Source: Thermoplasmata archaeon
Lineage (GTDB): Archaea > Thermoplasmatota > Penumbrarchaeia > JAEHCK01 > GCA-020356005
Direction: 5' to 3'
Assembly: GCA_020356005.1 (NCBI GenBank)
Contig: CP070629.1
Span: forward strand, 258,991 to 268,861
Length of the DNA stretch: 9,871 nt
How positions within the stretch are numbered: the first letter of the stretch is position 1; each line of letters starts with the position of its first letter. Below the pieces are notes generated by a model. That model had not been told where the DNA came from, searched no databases, and saw only the letters and a program-made list of their open reading frames with translations. Shown piece by piece: positions 7,118 to 9,871 of the stretch. The translations under genes and the position numbers were made by a program.

Positions 7118-7138
7118 CGGGTAGTTGTTGCCCAGCCA

Positions 7139-8224
7139 TTAATGCATGTAGAACTCATCGATGTTGTTGTCCTTGAGCGTCCCCGAATCCAGGTGGAATT
7201 CCAGCTTCAATGCCGGGTTGCCCGAGGCCTGGTCGGCGGATACAGCAATCCAGCTGTAGGCTACATTGTCGTAGATTATGGTATCCCGGTCGCCCAGCTC
7301 GATGGGATCCTCGGAAAGGTCTGCAAGCCTCAGCCTGCTGGGTGTGGCGCGGAGGTCGGGGAAGCTCGTAAGTTCATCAGTAGACTGCATTTCCAGCGGG
7401 ATGGAGACCGGCTCGGTAATTTCGGAGTCCAGATCGAGATCATTTGTAGTGTGTATCTGAATCGTATGACCTGTCGTATAATCGGTATATGAGGTCTCCA
7501 CCGAGTTCATCGTGCCGGTTATGGGTAGGGTCTCCTGGTACGACCCCGCGGTGGTGCTGGTCATGGATGCATCCATGGAACCGCTGATTTCGAGGTTCTG
7601 GCGGATTTCCCTGATATATACATCGTGAAGATTATTGAAACCGCTGGCGATTTGTGATGGTGAATCAAAAATGCTGGTTGACATTGGATCATTTGTCACA
7701 TTTCTGAAGTTTAACAGGATATTATTTATGTTGATATCCATCACACCAAAAAACTCGGAGCCAGAATTATAAGAAAAGCTTGCGATATTATCAGGATTGG
7801 TAACTGTGATGTTTCCCTCGCTAAGAAACAGTCCCGAATCACCCAGCAGTTCTTCAGAGACAATGACTTCCAGTGGATTTATCGTAATAGAGATGGAATC
7901 CGAATCAAGCTGGCCTTCCGCGGTTTCAACGGTTAGTGAAACCGTATATTCATTTTTTTCTGCTACAGTTTGTGCAAAATAACCCCCGACATAGATTGAA
8001 GTGTCAGAACCTGAAGTTAATATAAAATCGGTATCGAATATCCATTGGTATGCTGAGATCTCACCTATAGATCGCGCGGCATTGAAATTGAGGGTCTCAC
8101 CGGCATATGCCTGTGTATTGTCAACCTCTATGACCGCTTCAAGTTCACCCGGCGTAATTCCATTACCGTTTCCATCCTGCGAGGTTTCGATATATATCAT
8201 CCACAATAGAACCGCCATTATCAA
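7139..8224 (-). CDS. Middle segment of the composite reading frame, comprising the C-terminal half of a TM helix, a PKD-like Ig-fold domain and further extracellular sequence
   Basis: The track ORF is 361 aa. It begins at a TTG (8222-8224), with an ATG at 8216-8218. The PKD-like pattern is AVIEVDNTQAYAGETLNFNAARSIGEISAYQWIFDTDF...YFAQTVAEKNEYTVSLTVETAEGQLDSDSISITINP (nt about 7874-8143). The apparent N-terminus MIMAVLLWMIYIE is only half a helix; the other half is encoded upstream of the start, in frame. It ends at the TAA at 7139-7141. Confidence 0.7.
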   Translation of the reverse strand: MIMAVLLWMIYIETSQDGNGNGITPGELEAVIEVDNTQAYAGETLNFNAARSIGEISAYQWIFDTDFILTSGSDTSIYVGGYFAQTVAEKNEYTVSLTVETAEGQLDSDSISITINPLEVIVSEELLGDSGLFLSEGNITVTNPDNIASFSYNSGSEFFGVMDININNILLNFRNVTNDPMSTSIFDSPSQIASGFNNLHDVYIREIRQNLEISGSMDASMTSTTAGSYQETLPITGTMNSVETSYTDYTTGHTIQIHTTNDLDLDSEITEPVSIPLEMQSTDELTSFPDLRATPSRLRLADLSEDPIELGDRDTIIYDNVAYSWIAVSADQASGNPALKLEFHLDSGTLKDNNIDEFYMH

Positions 8225-8311
8225 GATCCCTGCAATGCCAACCGCAGCAATTTTTACACTCTGGGTTTTGGCAGGTGGGCGCGCACCGGGCTTTGGTTTC
8301 GCCTTTGCTTC

Positions 8312-8956
8312 TTAACTCTTCTTTTCCGTTGGGACCTCCAAACCCAGCATTGACATGGGGACTTCGGCTTCCTCTTCCTCCTCCTCCTTCTCTACTTCCT
8401 CCTCTTCTTCTGCCTCTCGCTTCTTCTCTCTCGGCTCTTCTACAGCTTCAAGCTCTCTGACACGCGCTGCATCGGAGACCTTCGGTTCCCTTATCTCCTC
8501 TTTGACCTTTTTTGGCTTTACCTCTTCCTCTTCTTCGAGATCGCCAATTAAAATCGTCTCTTCATCCTCTGGCGGCGGCGGTTCCACCGGCAGGGGTTTA
8601 CCCACCAGCATCAGCTTATCTTCTTTTTCTGTTCGCACTTTCGGCCTGGCCTTTCTGACAGGAGCTCCAACTAAAATAGTGCTCTCATCCTCTGCTTCCT
8701 CTTCCTCTACTTCCTCTTCGACCTCTTTCTCATAAGGTTCGGAGGGTTCCTCAACTTCCTCCTCAACCTCCTCTTCTATCCTGATTTTTTTGGGCGTATC
8801 CCCGATCTGTCCCCGCAGGATCTCCAGCCTGCGTTTCTTGAACATCTCAAAATCCGAATCCAGAAGTTCTGCAAGACCACTTACGTCGAACCCCAGGTTT
8901 TTCCATTCCTCGATTTTAGCTAAATACCGCGCTTTATCTTTCGCAGAGGGCTTCAT
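8312..8956 (-). CDS. Acidic, low-complexity, cytoplasmic-type protein or N-terminal segment of the composite frame. It has a short helical N-domain (EEWKNLGFDVSGLAELL) followed by Glu-rich tracts that carry repeated [TLS]-[IM]-L-[VI]-G motifs.
   Basis: The track ORF 8312-8971 starts at a GTG. I prefer the ATG at 8954-8956, which is preceded by GAAGGT with a 7-nt spacer. There is no hydrophobic segment. It ends at the TAA at 8312-8314. Confidence 0.75.
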   Translation of the reverse strand: MKPSAKDKARYLAKIEEWKNLGFDVSGLAELLDSDFEMFKKRRLEILRGQIGDTPKKIRIEEEVEEEVEEPSEPYEKEVEEEVEEEEAEDESTILVGAPVRKARPKVRTEKEDKLMLVGKPLPVEPPPPEDEETILIGDLEEEEEVKPKKVKEEIREPKVSDAARVRELEAVEEPREKKREAEEEEEVEKEEEEEEAEVPMSMLGLEVPTEKKS

Positions 8957-9005
8957 TGCACAGACCTTCACAGTTGGATTTATTTGTGTAATTAAACGTT
9001 AACCC

Positions 9006-9013
9006 CATATAAA
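9006..9013 (-). promoter_or_regulatory. Candidate TATA box for the 8312-8956 gene
   Basis: The minus strand reads aaacTTTATATGg, 49 nt upstream of the ATG at 8956. That spacing would give a 5'UTR of roughly 25 nt containing the GAAGGT SD-like site. Confidence 0.3.
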
Positions 9014-9111
9014 GTTTATTATTATGTTCTATATAATTGATGGAAATGAGGGGGATTCTGGAGAATTACTAAGAGATTTTTAATAGCTTATAGAAGTGCG
9101 GTAGATGTTTG

Positions 9112-9247
9112 CGGTTGCGAGGGGCGTAACGTTGGACGGCTAAGGCTAAGCGGCCGCTTTCATTACAACTTTCTTTAAATTCAATTCGACACGCTCTTCG
9201 CAACCGGATGACGTTACGCACATCGCAGCCGTCCAACGTTAGACGCC
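9112..9247. repeat. Compound inverted-repeat element with three complementary pairs in interleaved (A-B-C...A'-B'-C') order around a GCGGCCGC-centred 12-bp palindrome
   Basis: A 9112-9120 cggttgcga pairs with A' 9198-9206 tcgcaaccg. B 9124-9132 gcgtaacgt pairs with B' 9211-9219 acgttacgc. C 9127-9141 taacgttggacggct pairs with C' 9227-9241 agccgtccaacgtta. The C pair extends by GGCG 9123-9126 / CGCC 9244-9247 across a 2-nt bulge. The palindrome aagcggccgctt is at 9148-9159, and a tandem GGCTAA x2 is at 9138-9149. Confidence 0.7.
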
Positions 9248-9288
9248 AGACTGATAGCCTACACTAATCAAAGTGGTCTCGTTTATAT

Positions 9289-9296
9289 AAAAAAAA
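9289..9296 (-). terminator. Oligo-T (T8) tract, a candidate terminator of the rRNA transcription unit
   Basis: The minus strand reads ggattttccTTTTTTTTatataaa, about 105-110 nt downstream of the estimated mature 23S 3' end. Confidence 0.5.
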
Positions 9297-9399
9297 GGAA
9301 AATCCATATGCAATCTGTCAAATGGTTGAGAAGACGCGTGATTGTGGCCTGAACTGTTAGTGACTGCGGGCTGAATACCTCGGCCTTCAACACGGCGAC

Positions 9400-9871
9400 A
9401 CCGCGGACAAAGTCGTTGGTGTCACGGAATGTGAGGAAGGTGATCCCTTGGTACTTACACCCCAGTTCTATCAAACTTATCTTCTATAAGAGTTCTAAGG
9501 TGCTTCGTCTTGGGGCCGGCTTCGAGCTTAGATGCTTTCAGCTCTTATCCGAGACAGCGTGGCTGCCCAGCAATGCCCTACCGGACAACTGGTAAACTAG
9601 TGGCTCCAGAGCCTTGTTCCTCTCGTACTAAAGGCTCTTTCCCCTCAAGCATCAAAACGATTCCAGCACAAAGCAACAAACCTGTCTCACGACGGTCTAA
9701 ACCCATCTCACGATCCCTTTTAATGGGCGAACAACCCCACCCTTGGCAGCTGCTGCACTGCCAGGATAGGAAGAGACGACATCGAAGTAGCAAGCCTTCA
9801 GGTCGATGTGAGCTCTTGCTGAAGACAACTCAGTTATCCCCGGGGTAACTTTTCTGTCATCAATGACCCCC
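9400..9871 (-). rRNA. rrl: 23S (large-subunit) rRNA, 3'-terminal ~470 nt (domains V-VI); the 5' part lies beyond the window
   Basis: The minus strand carries universally conserved LSU motifs. CCCCGGGGATAAC (peptidyl-transferase-centre region) is at 9833-9845. TTCGATGTCG..CTCTTCCTATCCTGG follows. GGGTTTAGACCGTCGTGAGACAGGT is at 9680-9704. The sarcin-ricin loop AGTACGAGAGGAAC is at 9616-9629. GCTGAAAGCATCTAAGC is at 9526-9542. The 3' boundary (about 9400-9415) was estimated by eye against remembered E. coli and Haloarcula 3' ends and is uncertain by about +/-30 nt. Confidence 0.92.

Larger units (their letters stand above)
6308..8956 (-). other. Composite 883-codon reading frame (214 aa - TAA - 390 aa - TAA - 276 aa - TGA). 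It is either a read-through/recoded gene or a nonsense-disrupted pseudogene of a single-pass membrane protein.
   Basis: The 5' ends of all three ORFs (8971, 8224 and 7117) are all 1 mod 3. The 29 codons between the first TAA and the TTG at 8224 contain no stop and no ATG/GTG/TTG. They encode EAKAKPKPGARPPAKTQSVKIAAVGIAGI, a basic stretch plus the first half of the helix IAAVGIAGILIMAVLLWMIYI. Confidence 0.5.

Noticed and set aside
6269-7492. Plus-strand ORFs 6269-6598, 6513-6761, 7043-7492, 7278-7460 and 7797-7982
   Set aside because: They are antisense to the composite minus-strand frame. ORF 6269-6598 begins in the repeat-rich spacer but has no SD and runs mostly opposite better coding sequence.
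8355-8735. A plus-strand 126-aa Ser-rich ORF, plus 8275-8460, 8001-8315 and 8790-9002
   Set aside because: These are antisense shadows of the Glu-rich minus-strand gene, because GAA/GAG codons read as TTC/CTC (Ser/Phe/Leu) on the opposite strand. The peptide is low-complexity, has no SD or start context, and is wholly overlapped by better-supported minus-strand coding.
8360-8780. Long polypyrimidine (plus-strand) tracts as candidates for H-DNA or a regulatory element
   Set aside because: They are fully explained as the complement of the GAA/GAG-rich codons of the acidic protein segment.
6308-8971. A genome-wide reassignment of TAA to a sense codon as the explanation for the two in-frame TAAs
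   Set aside because: The 1255-codon Kelch gene and the 343-codon DOMON gene contain no internal in-frame TAA. Both end at a TAA followed by AT-rich non-coding sequence with further stops within a few codons. The 255 open codons at 1-765 also lack TAA. A global reassignment would scatter TAA through these genes, so any recoding must be local.
9148-9159. The NotI-containing palindrome AAGCGGCCGCTT as a sign of a cloning or vector artefact
   Set aside because: The flanking sequence shows no polylinker or vector-like features, and the palindrome is embedded in a larger native-looking repeat structure. I noted it but did not treat it as contamination.
9112-9254. 5S rRNA, tRNA or C/D-box sRNA identity for the structured element downstream of the 23S gene
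   Set aside because: There is no 5S loop-C/loop-E consensus, no tRNA T-loop (GTTCRANYC) and no cloverleaf. On the plus strand there is only CGGATGA (9205-9211, an imperfect C box) and a CTGA (9251-9254), with no internal D'/C' boxes. That is too weak to call.
9283-9848. ORFs 9283-9474 (-), 9510-9848 (+) and 9578-9793 (-)
   Set aside because: They lie inside the 23S rRNA gene and its 3' trailer. Universally conserved rRNA motifs occupy the same bases.

Overview
The window looks like an archaeal chromosomal segment in which every supportable gene lies on the minus strand. The archaeal call rests on a sarcin-ricin loop reading AGUACGAGAGGAAC, Shine-Dalgarno-led genes, oligo-T terminators and AT-rich TATA-like intergenic regions. 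Reading 5'->3' on the minus strand, the order is as follows. (1) The 3' end of a 23S rRNA gene (about 9400-9871), followed by a T8 terminator. No 5S rRNA or tRNA follows it. (2) An unusual roughly 135-nt element made of interleaved inverted repeats (9112-9247). (3) Three ORFs (8312-8956, 7139-8224, 6308-7117) that form one continuous reading frame. The frame is broken only by two TAA codons, and a predicted transmembrane helix straddles the first break. Read as a unit it encodes an acidic cytoplasmic domain, a TM helix, a PKD-like domain and further extracellular domains. (4) A repeat-dense 374-bp intergenic region. (5) A DOMON domain fused to a four-helix, four-histidine cytochrome b-like membrane module (4902-5933). 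(6) A 1255-aa receptor-like surface protein (953-4720) with a signal peptide, a six-blade Kelch propeller, several beta-sandwich domains, a TM anchor and a Pro/Gly/Glu-rich cytoplasmic tail. (7) A partial type II membrane protein (1-765) that is absent from the supplied ORF track because it runs off the window edge. It has N-terminal LTNGNG-type hexapeptide repeats. All plus-strand ORFs in the track look like antisense shadows or lie inside the rRNA. The most interesting signal is the TAA-interrupted composite gene, which could reflect programmed read-through, a recent pseudogene or sequence error. Beyond that, the whole block reads as a co-directional surface/redox island of membrane proteins with low-complexity cytoplasmic tails. 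No function here is experimentally known; the domain calls come from motif recognition by eye only.
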